The notes: generated by a model from the letters alone, not told the origin. Numbered from the stretch's first letter, positions 1 to 11,009 are shown. The stretch is 64,000 nt of DNA from an uncultured Nitrososphaeraceae archaeon (GCA_963838615.1 CAWISD010000061.1:675-64674); one strand, 5' to 3'. A program made the numbers and translations.

Positions 1-156
1 GTTTATCGTAACTTATGATTCTAATGTAAATTTAGTCCACTTACAATTTAAGGCATTGTTGAATAAATCAAAATATTTGTTAATTGTCTATGTCGATAGT
101 ATTGATAATGATGATGTTATTCTTGCTACATTTTATATTCTTAATCCTAAAGTATA

Positions 157-280
157 TAGATCTCTTGTATAAGTAGAAACAATTTACACTTTCTAATATG
201 ATACTGTTGGTTTTTAGTAATAGTTGTTCATTATTCCATAGTTTACCATTCCAGATACTATACCTGATACTTTATATCTT
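157..280 (-). mobile_element. Remnant (3' end plus terminal IR) of the IS5-family element seen at 61215-62263
   Basis: TAGATCTCTTGTATAAGTAGAAACAAT matches TAGATCTCTTGCATAATTAGAAACAAT at 61215. The minus strand reads ...VSGIVSGMVNYGIMN, like the transposase C-terminus ISDIVTGLVNYRIMN. Confidence 0.7.
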
Positions 281-647
281 CTTACTTATTATGTGATAAA
301 GATGAGACTAAATCAAAGTCCTTCTTGAGGTTGTTGTATATATACAAGACATTTCCAATAGTCCTAGGTAGTCGCTATAGAAGTAGATAACTACATCTAT
401 AAACTATTTATAGTAGCAATCGCTTGTTTAAGTTCAAATACTTTTATTATTTTAAATAATGCTTTCGGTCAGAGCACATTATTAGGTAATTATTACGCAT
501 TTTATGTTTCTAGAAATACAATACTGTTTTGTGTCTGTTATACTATTTTTAAATTAAAAACACAAATCTAATAAAGAAAAACCAAGAATAGATGATGAAA
601 ATCTATCATTTAAAGAAACCAACCGTTGGTTTTTAATGCTGCATAGG

Positions 648-1398
648 TCAATGTAATAGCCCCTGCAATAGTCCGCCGATTGATCCATTTTGTATTTCAT
701 TAATTATTCCTTTCATTGGTCCATGTGATATTCCATTTGTTAATCCGCCGATTGATCCATTTTGTATTTCATTAATTATTCCTTTCATTGGTCCATGTAT
801 ACCATTCGTTAAACCATTTATTGATCCATGCAGCAGCCCGCCGATTGATCCATTTTGTAAACCGTTCACTTGTCCGTTCATTGGTCCATTACTATTGGCC
901 ATGATGCCATAAAAAGGAGCTTCACCAAAATGATGCTGTACGCTGTTTGGATCAAACATTATGCTTATTACATTATTATTAGATAACAATAAAGTAGTCG
1001 GAACATTCGAGATTGGTCCCTCATTCATAGTTACTGTAGAAACGCCGTTATACATTATTGTATTATTATTTGGATAAGAGATATCAAGTATAGTGAAATT
1101 CGTAAGATAATTAGTATGTCGGCCTGTCCCATCAGGTTTTATCATTTCAATTGTAGCATTAAAAACGTTTGAGTTTTGATTCTTTATATTACTCAATAAA
1201 CTGGATTCCCAATTTCCGAATATCAACCAATCAACTTTCCCATTTGCATTTTGAGATATACCCAAAAAGCGGTCCATTAATAAATTGTTGAGACAAAACT
1301 GGTGGTGAATCTGCTTTAGCAATATTAGTATTATATTCAAACAGCATAGTAGTCGAAAAAATTAATAAAGCAATTAGAATGGTTTGTAAATTCTTCAT
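648..1398 (-). CDS. Secreted hypothetical protein with Gly-rich repeated C-terminal tail (one frameshift near 1260-1270)
   Basis: ATG at 1398 gives the signal-peptide-like MKNLQTILIALLIFSTTMLFEYNTNIAKA, which joins ORF 648..1340 after a frameshift. The tail has NGSIGGL repeats. Confidence 0.65.
672..859. repeat. Intragenic direct repeat, 72-bp period, plus a partial third copy
   Basis: CCGCCGATTGATCCATTTTGTATTTCATTAATTATTCCTTTCATTGGTCCATG occurs at 673 and 745; its first ~22 bp recur at 838. Confidence 0.9.
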
Positions 1399-1751
1399 CT
1401 TAATAATATCTAGGTATAGGCATTATTATATTTTATAAATATGATAAAGATGAAGTAGATGGAGAAGTAAGAAACAAGGACTAGCAATATCAAAATCAAT
1501 CTTTCCAATCAAGCATCGCCTTCTTTCATGCATAAGGACAAAGGCAACCATAATATTGTCAATGATACAACTTGTTTGGTACTCGGCAGCCATATCAAAA
1601 TAATTGGATTGTTTCAATTTCTAAATGACATCATTTTAAGACACAATTTTTAATTCCATTTCAAATTTTAATCGAACTTGTATACTATCAGGAATTTAAT
1701 CAAACGGGACCTGTATAAAAATATATAATATTATATTTATTTCGGATTATA

Positions 1752-3028
1752 TATACTGTCCCAACATAAATTCATACTGTAGTAAATTAATTTTATCATT
1801 AATACATTTAGCTTAGTTACTTGCCTCTGTATATTATTGCCTACCTTGGGTATTTCTTCAGAACAAATAAACAATGCCTATAAAAAAGAGATAGATTCGG
1901 ATGTAAAAGAAAGAATATTGCTTGTAAGAAGAGTTAGAATTGATGGTCAGAAGAAGCATCAAAGATATCTGAAAGAGAATTACACAAATCAAGATGGTGG
2001 TCATACAAGTGGTTAAGCCAGATTTGATAAACATGGTATAGAAGGATTAAAAGATTCAACCAAGAAGTGGCAGACCTCCACTAATCCAACAAAGAAAGAT
2101 GTTAAAGATAATACAAGAGATATCTGAAAATCAACTGGTTGGCATGCAAAGCAAGTAATGGATATCATCTATAAAAAAAGCAGGTATCAGGTACCATGAA
2201 GTATATATTTATAGGCTGCTTCAAAAGTGGGGATTCTCCCAAAGGTTCCACAGAAGGGATTTGTAAATACGGCATCAAAAGAAGAGAAAGAGGCCTTCAA
2301 AAAGGAATACAAAGGAATTACTCTCGCAAATTCCAAAAGGATTCGCAATAGCAGGACAGAGGATGAATCGATATTTGTACATGAAGAACTCATCAGAAGA
2401 AAATTATGGCTTCCAAAAGGGATTAGTCCGGTAGTTACAGTTACTGGTTCACACCAAAGTGCCGTGTGTTTTTGGTACACTTACCATGGAAGGTAAGAAA
2501 TTATTTCGACAATATGATATGTTTAACCAACACACTTTCCTTGACTATTTGAAACAAGTAAAGAAACGGCTTGGAAAGAAGGTTATCATGTTTACCGATA
2601 GAGCACGTCAGCATCAATCAAATAAGGTACAGAAATATTTGGAGGAGAATAAGGATTCAGTAAGAATATTCTATTTCCCAAAAGGTTCACCTGAATTTAA
2701 TGCAGTTGAAGAATGCTGATGGAGACGGGGAAAGTATGATTTGTTGGTATCAAAGTATTATCCCAAATTTACCGATTTGAAATCATCTGATTTGTTGCAT
2801 GATTCGAAAAATAGTTAAAACTATACTTCATTCATATCAAGACTAATTAAATTTTGACTATTTACGTAACGTCAGTAATACTAAAGCGTTAATAAAAAAC
2901 GATTTATTGAATCATGCAACAAAGCAGAAATCATCAATTGCTAAATATTAAAGGACAAGCCGCTTCAACCTGGATATAGTAAAGTATCTACTGGAGAAGC
3001 GAATTAGTGTATTTAGTTGGGTAGTATA
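1752..3028 (+). mobile_element. Degenerate IS630-family element (transposase pseudogene) interrupted by a MITE
   Basis: ORF fragments carry DDE_3-type motifs (DESIF, FTDRARQH, PKGSPEFNAVEEC). Imperfect terminal IRs TATACTGTCCCAACATAAAT / ATTTAGTTGGGTAGTATA with TA ends. Multiple stops and frameshifts. Confidence 0.85.
2788..2926. mobile_element. 139-bp MITE, subfamily A
   Basis: TIRs TGATTTGTTGCATGATTC / GAATCATGCAACAAAGCA; 9-bp TSD GAAATCATC at 2779-2787 and 2927-2935. Confidence 0.92.
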
Positions 3029-3034
3029 ATATTA

Positions 3035-3200
3035 ATGCATATAGCCAAATCATCACCCGTATCAAAATTTTGTTTATGCTTTAAAATCACCGTATGTTAA
3101 AAGATAATATCCTGCCATATCGACTCGATTTTTAAATTTTATTGGTTTGAACGGAGAATCAATCGAAAAAAAATGCATATCATTATATGAATTTGCCAGT
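3035..3200 (+). pseudogene. Possible N-terminal remnant of a thaumarchaeal integrase-like gene
   Basis: Reads SSPYQNFVYALKSPYVKR*YP..RFLNFIGLNGESIEKKC with a stop and a frameshift. The resemblance to N-termini of thaumarchaeal tyrosine recombinases is from recall only. Confidence 0.3.
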
Positions 3201-3746
3201 TATATTCATTTTTGTTTAATTTGTTCATTTGTTTTGTTGTTATATTATAGTCAACAAGAAAAAGAGATAATGAAAGGATTAATGCAAGCAGCATATTTAT
3301 TATATTACTATTAAATTCTTCATAACTAGCATATCTCCATAATCATTTTCAACAAAATCAATCAATCAATCATCATATTTGTGAAGAGACTGTAAAAGAA
3401 ATAGAGAAAAAAATAATAATATGATGAAGACTATTTGTGAAGACCCGGATACCTCTGAAGCATGAGTTTTTAGGTTTAGCAGAGGGTGAAGTAGTAACTC
3501 ATTATGAAATGAAGTTCTATGTGTAAAAATTTTGATAACAAAGAACCATCATTTGCAGTTAGTTCAAACCTAAAAGAAGGACAAGTTCATTTAAAAAGAT
3601 GTTGGAATTGGTAAAAGAAGTACTATGGAAGCAGAATAAACTAGAAATTTTATTTTAACAAATTAAAAATTGCAAGTATATGAAAAATAGTGAATTCTTG
3701 ATGATCATTCTATCAAAACAAACCTACAAAGTAGATAAATAACTTC

Positions 3747-3754
3747 TTTAAATA
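3747..3754 (+). promoter_or_regulatory. Putative archaeal TATA box for a leaderless dioxygenase-like transcript
   Basis: TTTAAATA ends 26 bp before the ATG at 3781. Confidence 0.4.
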
Positions 3755-3780
3755 CTATTTTAATATTCTATTAATACCAC

Positions 3781-4731
3781 ATGTATTTTAAAAACAGAAT
3801 ACTCATTTTATATAGTGTAACTTTATTTTTATTTTTATCATTAATCTTTAGCAATTTTACTATTTCATCTGCCGTATTTGCACAGAATACAAACTCTATG
3901 TCCCCATCCTTGCCACCTACTTTTCAAACACCTCTCTCTTCAAACCAACTGCCACCTCCTCCCTCATTTTCTGATCAACTATCTCCACTTCAGCAGGCCT
4001 CTTCAACCAATAAATCATGCATACTAACACCTTCATTAATAGAACAAGAGGGTTCACCTCAACAGACTGAAGGTCCTTATTTTGTTTCTGGGGCCCCAAA
4101 TAGGTCTAATATCACATCTGATCCCTCGGACGGAACTGTGCAACATGGAATCCCATTGCAATTAGAAATTCATGTTTATAAAATAAACAATGGAGTTAAC
4201 AAAACCAGTAACAATACAACAACTGCTATTAACAATACTAGTACTGCTTCTTCTTGTATCCCTTTCAAAGGTGCTCAGGTTGACATCTGGCATGCAAATC
4301 CTCAAGGACTTTATTCCGGAATTTCACAAATTGGAACCGAAGGTAAGATGTATCTTAGAGGATATCAAACAACTGACAACAATGGCACAGTCAAATTTAA
4401 TACAATATATCCTGGATGGTATCAAGGAAGAGCTATTCATATCCATGTAATGGTCAGAGCATTTAATGGAACAAATGAAACATTCCATTGGACATCTCAA
4501 ATGTATCTTAATAATTCAGTCAATCAACAGGTGCATACACAATCTCCATATAGCAAGCATGGACTTCCACCAATTACAAATGAACAGGATGGAATCTATA
4601 CAGGACCATCAACTGATAAACTTATTCAAAACAATACGGGACAGCATCTAATGCTCCATTTAATTAAAGATAAACAAGGCTATAGTGGAACATTTAATAT
4701 AGTAGTTAATTCACCTGCAATGAAAAAATAG
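3781..4731 (+). CDS. Secreted intradiol ring-cleavage dioxygenase-like protein
   Basis: Signal peptide ending AVFA; motifs TEGPYF, VDIWHAN..GLY, YLRGYQ, YPGWY.GRAIHIH (Tyr/Tyr/His/His iron ligands). Confidence 0.85.
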   Translation: MYFKNRILILYSVTLFLFLSLIFSNFTISSAVFAQNTNSMSPSLPPTFQTPLSSNQLPPPPSFSDQLSPLQQASSTNKSCILTPSLIEQEGSPQQTEGPYFVSGAPNRSNITSDPSDGTVQHGIPLQLEIHVYKINNGVNKTSNNTTTAINNTSTASSCIPFKGAQVDIWHANPQGLYSGISQIGTEGKMYLRGYQTTDNNGTVKFNTIYPGWYQGRAIHIHVMVRAFNGTNETFHWTSQMYLNNSVNQQVHTQSPYSKHGLPPITNEQDGIYTGPSTDKLIQNNTGQHLMLHLIKDKQGYSGTFNIVVNSPAMKK

Positions 4732-5126
4732 ATTAATCCAAATATATTTAAACTCTAACTTTTTATTTTTACTCTTATCCTGTATCTCCATGAATAGTTT
4801 TTAGTTAAAAATTAGAATTAAAAAACAAGGTAAATGGCAATATTGTTTTAATTAATCTAATAAAATCAAATAGAAAATGATGTTAAAGAAAAGAAACAAT
4901 ATACAAATTAATTAAATTAAAGATAAAAATTTTTACTTTTCTTTATGATAATTAATTATAGATTAAAGACATTTTCAATATTAACTAGAATTTACCTTGA
5001 CTGTTAAATGGCAAAGTAGTGTAAAATTTGCTCTCTAGTCCTCGGTAGCACTAATAGAACCATCTTCATTTGAATCCCATATAATAGAGTAAAAAACTGT
5101 AATAGCATAAAGGTCAAAATTAATTA

Positions 5127-5591
5127 TTGCAAATAAATAATGCTTTTATTCAAGCAATAATAAACAGGGCAAGGGTTGCCAGATTATCTACAGTAGGCCA
5201 TGAAAATACACCTCACATAGTACCAGTAGTTTTTGTATTTTATGGTCACTGCTATTATATACCACTTGATAAGAAAAGAAAAAAAACAGAAACAATTGAA
5301 AAATTAAAAAGAGTTAGAAATATTCAAAACAATCCAAATGTTGCCTTGCTTATAGATGAATATTATGAGGATTGGAGCAAATTGGTTTTTGTAATGATTC
5401 AAGGTAAGGCACATCTGATAGGTAAAGAAGAGGAAGGAAATGAAAATAACAATTATGATAAGAACAATTCCTTATTAAAAGAAATTCATAAACTACTTTA
5501 TCAAAAGTATCCCCAATACAAAGAGATTGGAATTGGGCGGTATTGTATAGCAATACAACCACATAAAATAATTTCTTGGAAGAATGATTAA
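5127..5591 (+). CDS. PPOX-class (split-barrel) probable F420-dependent oxidoreductase, Rv0121-like
   Basis: ARVARLSTV..PHIVPVVF, LKRVRNIQNNPNVALLIDEYYEDWSKL, KYPQY. Confidence 0.8.
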   Translation: MQINNAFIQAIINRARVARLSTVGHENTPHIVPVVFVFYGHCYYIPLDKKRKKTETIEKLKRVRNIQNNPNVALLIDEYYEDWSKLVFVMIQGKAHLIGKEEEGNENNNYDKNNSLLKEIHKLLYQKYPQYKEIGIGRYCIAIQPHKIISWKND

Positions 5592-5621
5592 TTGTGTTGT
5601 CCTATACCAATTCATTTTCAT

Positions 5622-6569
5622 TCATTTGGCAAATCTTGAAAACTGTTTTGTAAGACTAATCATTTTATCAATATCTTTGCCTAATGGTGAAAAATTATAA
5701 CCAAATATAATATGATCTACACCTAGATCTTTAATTTTCTTTATATCCACACCAATTTCATCAATAGTTCCTGTCAAAGTTGGTCTTTCTGCATTATTAT
5801 TATCAGAAATAGATGAATTATCTTTAATATATGGAGAAGATAATAGAATAATTTTAAAACTTTCTAAATTTTTATTTACTTTGGCTAATTCATTTTTAAA
5901 ATTCGTTATAATAGTTTCAACGTAATCTAGTGGTGCTATACCACCTACAACGCCAAGCCAACCATTTAAGTCATTTTCAATAATCCTTTTTATTGTATTT
6001 GGACTAAATCCTCCAAGATAGATAGGAATATGTGGTTTTTGTACTGGTTTTGGCCCTATCTTTGATTTGGGTATATTATAAAACTGTCCTTTAAATTCTA
6101 CATTTTCTTCAGTCCATATCTTTTTCAACACCTTTACATATTCATCTGCTCTCTTTCCCTTATTGATAAAGGGTACATTGGAAACTTGGAATTCATCTTT
6201 GGACCAACCAATTCCAAATCCCGCAATGCTTCTTCCTTGTGAGAATATATCTAAAGAAGCAAATCTCCTAGCTAAAACTACAGGATTATGAAATAATATA
6301 TCAATAACTGATGTACCTAATAAAATTTTATTGGTATTTGCAGCTACAAATGTAAGTGTTTCTAATGGATCTAGCATTATTTGGTATTCTTCAGGAAGAC
6401 TTCCATCAGGTGTTGCAACATAAGGAGTTTGAGGATTGATAGGCCAAAGAAGCCTTTCAAATACCCAAAGAGAATCAAAACCTTCACTTTCTGCCATTTG
6501 TGCCATATGAATTACATTTTTTCTAGTCGCTTGCGAACCTGCCTGTGGCAATGAAATGCCTATCTTCAA
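5622..6569 (-). CDS. LLM-class (luciferase-like) probable F420-dependent oxidoreductase
   Basis: AESEGFDSLWV, DPLETL, LGTSV, LARRFASLD.FSQGR, GIGWSKDE, PKPVQKPHIPIYLGG. Confidence 0.88.
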   Translation of the reverse strand: MKIGISLPQAGSQATRKNVIHMAQMAESEGFDSLWVFERLLWPINPQTPYVATPDGSLPEEYQIMLDPLETLTFVAANTNKILLGTSVIDILFHNPVVLARRFASLDIFSQGRSIAGFGIGWSKDEFQVSNVPFINKGKRADEYVKVLKKIWTEENVEFKGQFYNIPKSKIGPKPVQKPHIPIYLGGFSPNTIKRIIENDLNGWLGVVGGIAPLDYVETIITNFKNELAKVNKNLESFKIILLSSPYIKDNSSISDNNNAERPTLTGTIDEIGVDIKKIKDLGVDHIIFGYNFSPLGKDIDKMISLTKQFSRFAK

Positions 6570-6784
6570 GATGAATTCAGAAATAATATTGTTGTATTAA
6601 AGCATTTAAACCAAAGTTGATGTATCAAGGATTCTAATAATAATATAAAATCAATAATTTTCATTAAAAGCTACCAAATCAAATATTAAGTTCACTTGAA
6701 GAAACAACTGTCAGAAATTTTTGCATGTTGTGTATAGAGCATACATGTGAATCTTTATCCTATGCTGATATGCAGGATATGAAA

Positions 6785-7480
6785 GGCCCGTTTAACTTAA
6801 AACATAAATTTCTTTATCATATTATTCTACAAAAGGATTAAGCCAATTCTTTATATGTTTTAATTTACACTTTGTTCTTTTTTCGACAAGGTAAATAGTC
6901 ATCAAAGCATTCTTTGGTCCTGGCCTTTAGATATTGTGATATTATATTGTTCTTTTAACAATGCTTTTCTCAAAAGAAGATGGATGTAATGCTTTAGTTT
7001 TAAAAACTGACAAGTTTGAAGATACCACGTCCCTTCGTCTGTAGAAATTATTGGATGCAATTCATAAGTCTTAATTAACCTTGAAATAAATCGCTCAGCT
7101 ATGAGCATATTTCTCTCTTTTGATATGTGTATCGAAAGAATTCTTTATTTTTTGGTTTACTAACCCAATCAAGCCATATCAATTCAGATCCCGCTTTTAC
7201 AGCAGCTTCATCTTTTTGTACACAAGAATACTCATTAATTTTCTTTTTCTTGTTTAATAATTTCTTTGGATTGTACTTTTGTATCCAGTTCCAGGTAGAA
7301 ACATGGCTTAACTTGACTAGATATAGGAAATACAATACTTTCGCAATGTTCCTAAATGATAAAACATAAAGAAAATACAAGTTACAATCCATAACCTATA
7401 TTTTGAAGGTGTTATATGTCTAGAAGACATAAAAGAAATGGTCATTTTAAAGATATAGGTTTTTTCAAGTTAACAGGCCC
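6785..7480 (-). mobile_element. Degenerate IS6-family element
   Basis: Fragments LSFRNIAK..SHVSTWNWIQKY, DE..VKAGSELIWL, ISTDEGTWYLQTCQFLKLKH; imperfect IRs GGCCCGTTTAACTT / AAGTTAACAGGCCC. Confidence 0.8.
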
Positions 7481-7568
7481 ATTTATCTATTATGACAACT
7501 TAGTTATTAGTTTAAATGACATTAGATGACAATTAAAGTTTAATATATATACGATATTAATCCACATA

Positions 7569-9152
7569 TTGAAAATTTATATTATACTATTGATAATATC
7601 GTTTGTTTTTTTCTTGTCAATATTTTATTTTTCCAATGACTGTCTATATGTATATTCTCTAACAAAAACTCCAATTAAACATATTGTTGTAATAGTTCAA
7701 GAGGATATATCTTTTGATCATTATTTTGGAACTTATCCTAACGCTGCTAATCCTCCAGGTGAACTTCCATTTGTTCCTTCTCCAAATACACCGGCAGTTA
7801 ATGGACTTAATTTTACTTTATTATATCAGAATCCTAATTCTGCTAATCCTGTTCGAATTGACAGATCCCCTTCAGTAACATGTTCCATGAATCATGGTTA
7901 CACGCCAGAACAAAATGCATATCATGGAGGGGTGGATAAATTTGTCGAATTTGCTGGCCCTACTGCACCTGAATTTTGTACTGATATGCCACATAAACAA
8001 CTAGTAATGGGTTATTATGATGGTAACACAGTAACTGCGGTGTGGAATTACACTCAGCATTTTGCAATGAGTGATAATTTCTTTGGTACCACTTATGGAC
8101 CATCTGTTTTAGGTCATCTTAATCTTATTTCGGGCAACACACATGGTGCAGTAATTGTTAATCCCATACCACCAAATGAGACTCACAACAATGACGGAAT
8201 TCGTATTATAAATGGTACCCTTATTGCTAATAGAGATCCGGCGTATGACGATTGTTCCAATTCAAATTTCTCTGTAATGGCGATGGATGGAAAAAATATC
8301 GGTGACCTTTTAAATGCTAAAAATATAACTTGGGGATGGTTCTCAGCAGGATTTATACCATCCATCAAAACCTCTAATAATAAATGGAATTGTGCTTATT
8401 CTGGCATACAATCATATAATATATTTAAAGGGAATAATACACCAATAGATCATTACTATCCAGACGTAGAACCATTTCAATTTTACAAGAATACTTCAAA
8501 TCCTCACCATTTATCTCCATCCTCTCTATCTATGATTGGCCATACCGACCAGGCAAATCATCAATATAATATGAGTTATTTTTGGACTGCTGCTGAATCT
8601 AGAAACATACCCGCTGTAAGCTTTCTCAAGAGCCCCACATATCAACAAGCTCATGCAGGTTACTCTCATCCATTAGATGAACAAACCTTCATTGTAAACA
8701 CCATTAATCATCTTCAGAGAATACCACAATGGAATGATACTGCAGTAATACTTACTTATGACGATTCTGGAGGATGGTATGATCATGTGATGCCCCCTAT
8801 TGTCGGAAGCTCCAAGGATTCAAAATTTGATAGATTATCAGATATTGGTCAATGCGGAAATACATCCACAACTAACGGTCCATATCAAGACCGATATGGC
8901 TATGGCCCACGTTTGCCTTTTTTGGTTATCTCTCCATGGGCCAAAGTTAATTTTATAGATCATACTACTACTGATAAGACTTCCATAATACATTTTATTG
9001 AGGATAACTGGAATTTGGGTCGTATTGCCAATCATTCGTATGATTCAAAATCAGGTTCGATTCTGAATATGTTTGACTTTGAAGGAGGGCATAAGCGTGC
9101 GAATAATCTTTTCTTAGATCCTAATAGTGGCAGGTCTACTTTGATTAGATAA
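7569..9152 (+). CDS. Secreted phosphoesterase / phospholipase C (AcpA/PlcH-like) family protein
   Basis: N-terminal hydrophobic signal; PIKHIVVIVQEDISFDHYFGTYP, FAMSDNFF..GPS, YDDSGGWYDHV, GYGPRLP. Confidence 0.88.
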   Translation: MKIYIILLIISFVFFLSIFYFSNDCLYVYSLTKTPIKHIVVIVQEDISFDHYFGTYPNAANPPGELPFVPSPNTPAVNGLNFTLLYQNPNSANPVRIDRSPSVTCSMNHGYTPEQNAYHGGVDKFVEFAGPTAPEFCTDMPHKQLVMGYYDGNTVTAVWNYTQHFAMSDNFFGTTYGPSVLGHLNLISGNTHGAVIVNPIPPNETHNNDGIRIINGTLIANRDPAYDDCSNSNFSVMAMDGKNIGDLLNAKNITWGWFSAGFIPSIKTSNNKWNCAYSGIQSYNIFKGNNTPIDHYYPDVEPFQFYKNTSNPHHLSPSSLSMIGHTDQANHQYNMSYFWTAAESRNIPAVSFLKSPTYQQAHAGYSHPLDEQTFIVNTINHLQRIPQWNDTAVILTYDDSGGWYDHVMPPIVGSSKDSKFDRLSDIGQCGNTSTTNGPYQDRYGYGPRLPFLVISPWAKVNFIDHTTTDKTSIIHFIEDNWNLGRIANHSYDSKSGSILNMFDFEGGHKRANNLFLDPNSGRSTLIR

Positions 9153-9680
9153 TAAACAACTAGATTTAAAAGACATGTCAAAAATATATCGTTATTTTCA
9201 TAAGTCTACAAAACCCGGATTTAACTGCGGAAGTGGTAATAATAATTAGCAGACATAAATTACTATATTTATGGATATCAAACCTCGTTGATAGTATTTA
9301 AGAATCGGTTATGTTCTTGATACCTGATATTGAACCGAAATAATTATACCATTTAATCCATGTAGAGATTCATACAATTTCCACCGAACCCAAGTCAAAT
9401 TTGCATGTATTTATACTTCTAATTAATCTATTGGATATATTACTATAACCGATATCTATTTCGGTTTGAAATCCTGAGAATTTCTACGTGTGTTAAAATT
9501 GTATCAATCATCCTGTATTCTTCTATAATGAAGGAAATAAATCATCACATAACGACTTTCATAATTATACAATAGGCAATCCATACCGAAAAAATATGCA
9601 TAAGTGAACTAGATATTAAAACAAAATAAATTAAATAGATAGCATTTTACTTTTGTTTTTGAAAAGTATTATTTAAAAAA

Positions 9681-10169
9681 TTAATTTGTTTTATTTTCAC
9701 TCATTTTTGCCATTGCTTCTTCTGCTGCTTTTTTCAACTCTTCTGGACTAAGGTCTTTTATATGAGTTGATATCGACCACCTGTGTCCAAATGGATCTTC
9801 TATACTGCCATGTCTATCGCCCCAAAACTGATCTTTAACCGGATCCACAACTTTTGCGCCTTCAGAAACTGCCTGGTTGAAGGTTTTGTCCACATCTTCT
9901 ACATACAAAAATATTCCGCTTGAACTTCCACCTAATGTTGTAGGTGATAGATTTTCCATCTCTGGAATTTCATCTGCTAACATGAATGTAGAATCACCTA
10001 TCTTTAGTGCCCCGTGAGCTAATGCTTTTCCGTCTGTAGTCATCATACGCACAAGTTCTTTAGCTTCAAATGCTTTTTTATAGAATTCTATTGCTTGTAA
10101 GCCATTATTTACAGTCAGATAAGGTGTAATTGAATGATAGCCATCTGGAATTTTTTTTACTTGACTCAT
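9681..10169 (-). CDS. VOC/glyoxalase family protein (PhnB-like)
   Basis: IPDGYHSITPYL, AIEFYKKAF, DQFWGDRHGSIEDPFGHRWSI. Confidence 0.9.
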   Translation of the reverse strand: MSQVKKIPDGYHSITPYLTVNNGLQAIEFYKKAFEAKELVRMMTTDGKALAHGALKIGDSTFMLADEIPEMENLSPTTLGGSSSGIFLYVEDVDKTFNQAVSEGAKVVDPVKDQFWGDRHGSIEDPFGHRWSISTHIKDLSPEELKKAAEEAMAKMSENKTN

Positions 10170-10529
10170 TGCGATATAATACTATAGATAATTAATAAAT
10201 ATGCAAGGAAGTAAAAGTAGGGTTGCAAAATTAGTTAGATTCAAAATCAAACTAAAAATATACTGCCGTTAAGATTTATTAAACGGGAGTATTGGATTAA
10301 CACCTGACTTCTCAATTGTTAAAGCATTCATCATTTGAATGAGGGTATATTTTACCATATATGGTGAAAATGGTAGAAATGGTTTAACAAGTATAATACA
10401 TAAAATCTAAATACGGTAATATTTATAAAAAAAACAACATCTTTGTTTAGATATTTTATAATCAATTTTTTTTTATCAACTATTCGATTGTAATATACTA
10501 TTATACTCAAAAGTTTATATATTAATTCA

Positions 10530-10731
10530 ATGGATTTTAAAACAACTCTTTCTCTTTGTACTATTGTTGTAATATCATTTGGTATTATAGCTGCTACATC
10601 CATTATCGGATCAGAAGACGCATTTGCAGGAAGAATGTAATCCTCACGGATGTAAAGGTGATAGAGGATACTATACAAGTGAAGGACATCACTGTTTTGA
10701 AGGGTCAGGCAACTGTCACAAAAGATACTAA
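10530..10731 (+). CDS. Small secreted Cys/His-rich peptide (66 aa after removing one extra G at 10629-10630)
   Basis: Signal MDFKTTLSLCTIVVISFGIIAATSIIGSEDAFA is followed in the +1 frame by EECNPHGCKGDRGYYTSEGHHCFEGSGNCHKRY*; a T-tract lies downstream. Confidence 0.6.
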
Positions 10732-10760
10732 AAGTCTATAGCAATTAAAAAATATACCCC

Positions 10761-10779
10761 ATTCTTTTTTTTGTTTTTA
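10761..10779 (+). terminator. Putative archaeal oligo-T terminator
   Basis: ATTCTTTTTTTTGTTTTTA lies 30 bp after the peptide stop codon. Confidence 0.45.
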
Positions 10780-11009
10780 TTATATTAATTAATTAATTAC
10801 GATTCATTGATTTCCAAATGATTGATAATCTTAAATAACTCATCCGGATTTCGAAAAACATTTATCTTTCAGTACATTTTTCCCAAGTTTTGGATGATAT
10901 TGCAAATAAGAACGTTAAATGCGGGCCTTGATTCTCTATTTATATCACTCTCTTTTTCTCTCTTTTTTGTTATCCTAGAACCCCAGTAAACGGGTGATAA
11001 CACAACGGA

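Noticed and set aside
1426..1617. 63-aa minus-strand ORF
   Set aside because: No recognisable motif; it may be a spurious or decayed fragment.
10352..10741. Listed ORFs 10352..10678 (-) and 10556..10741 (+)
   Set aside because: They are better explained as shadow or wrong-frame readings of the peptide gene at 10530-10731.
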